Shown: in pieces, positions 34,176 to 34,328 of the stretch
Position numbering within the stretch: position 1 is the first letter of the stretch
Layout of the letters: every line of letters begins with the position of its first letter
Source: Octopus bimaculoides
Lineage: Eukaryota
DNA: 34,328 bases
Direction: 5' to 3'
Assembly: GCF_001194135.2 (NCBI RefSeq)
Contig: NC_068987.1
Location: forward strand, 82,585,690-82,620,017
The notes under the pieces: model-generated
What the model saw: the letters and a program-made list of their open reading frames with translations, nothing else
Databases searched by the model: none
Told to the model about the DNA's origin: nothing
Program-made: the position numbers and the translations under genes

Positions 34176-34328
34176 AATTATACAAGAATAAGGGCAGGGA
34201 ATCGTCAATTAGTAATAGAATTAATAATTAACAATTTTGCCAAGTAGTTCAGTATGAAAAAAACCTTTATCGGTAAAATCATTTATCATCGTAAATATAC
34301 AGGGATTAGCATTGAGTTGCTTCTCCAA

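Overview
AT-rich, repeat-dense eukaryotic scaffold segment with eight N-gaps. The SINE sequences match my recollection of Octopus (cephalopod) repeats; this is an inference, not a database result. I can support no host protein-coding gene, and almost all listed ORFs are microsatellite or N-gap artefacts, so the window is probably intronic or intergenic. It contains many tRNA-headed SINEs (informal families A, B, B', C, D, F), fragments of R4/Dong-type, Penelope-like (PLE) and L2/CR1-group retrotransposons, a mariner MITE, two fold-back elements and many microsatellites. The most interesting item is a tRNA-headed family-C element at about 18785-19292. It carries a minimal PLE-type hammerhead ribozyme motif with a 4-nt palindromic helix III and sits in an inverted-repeat arrangement. 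Also notable are a SINE dimer inside one target-site duplication (TSD) whose junction recurs at a second locus, and an unclassified, heavily structured element at about 420-745.
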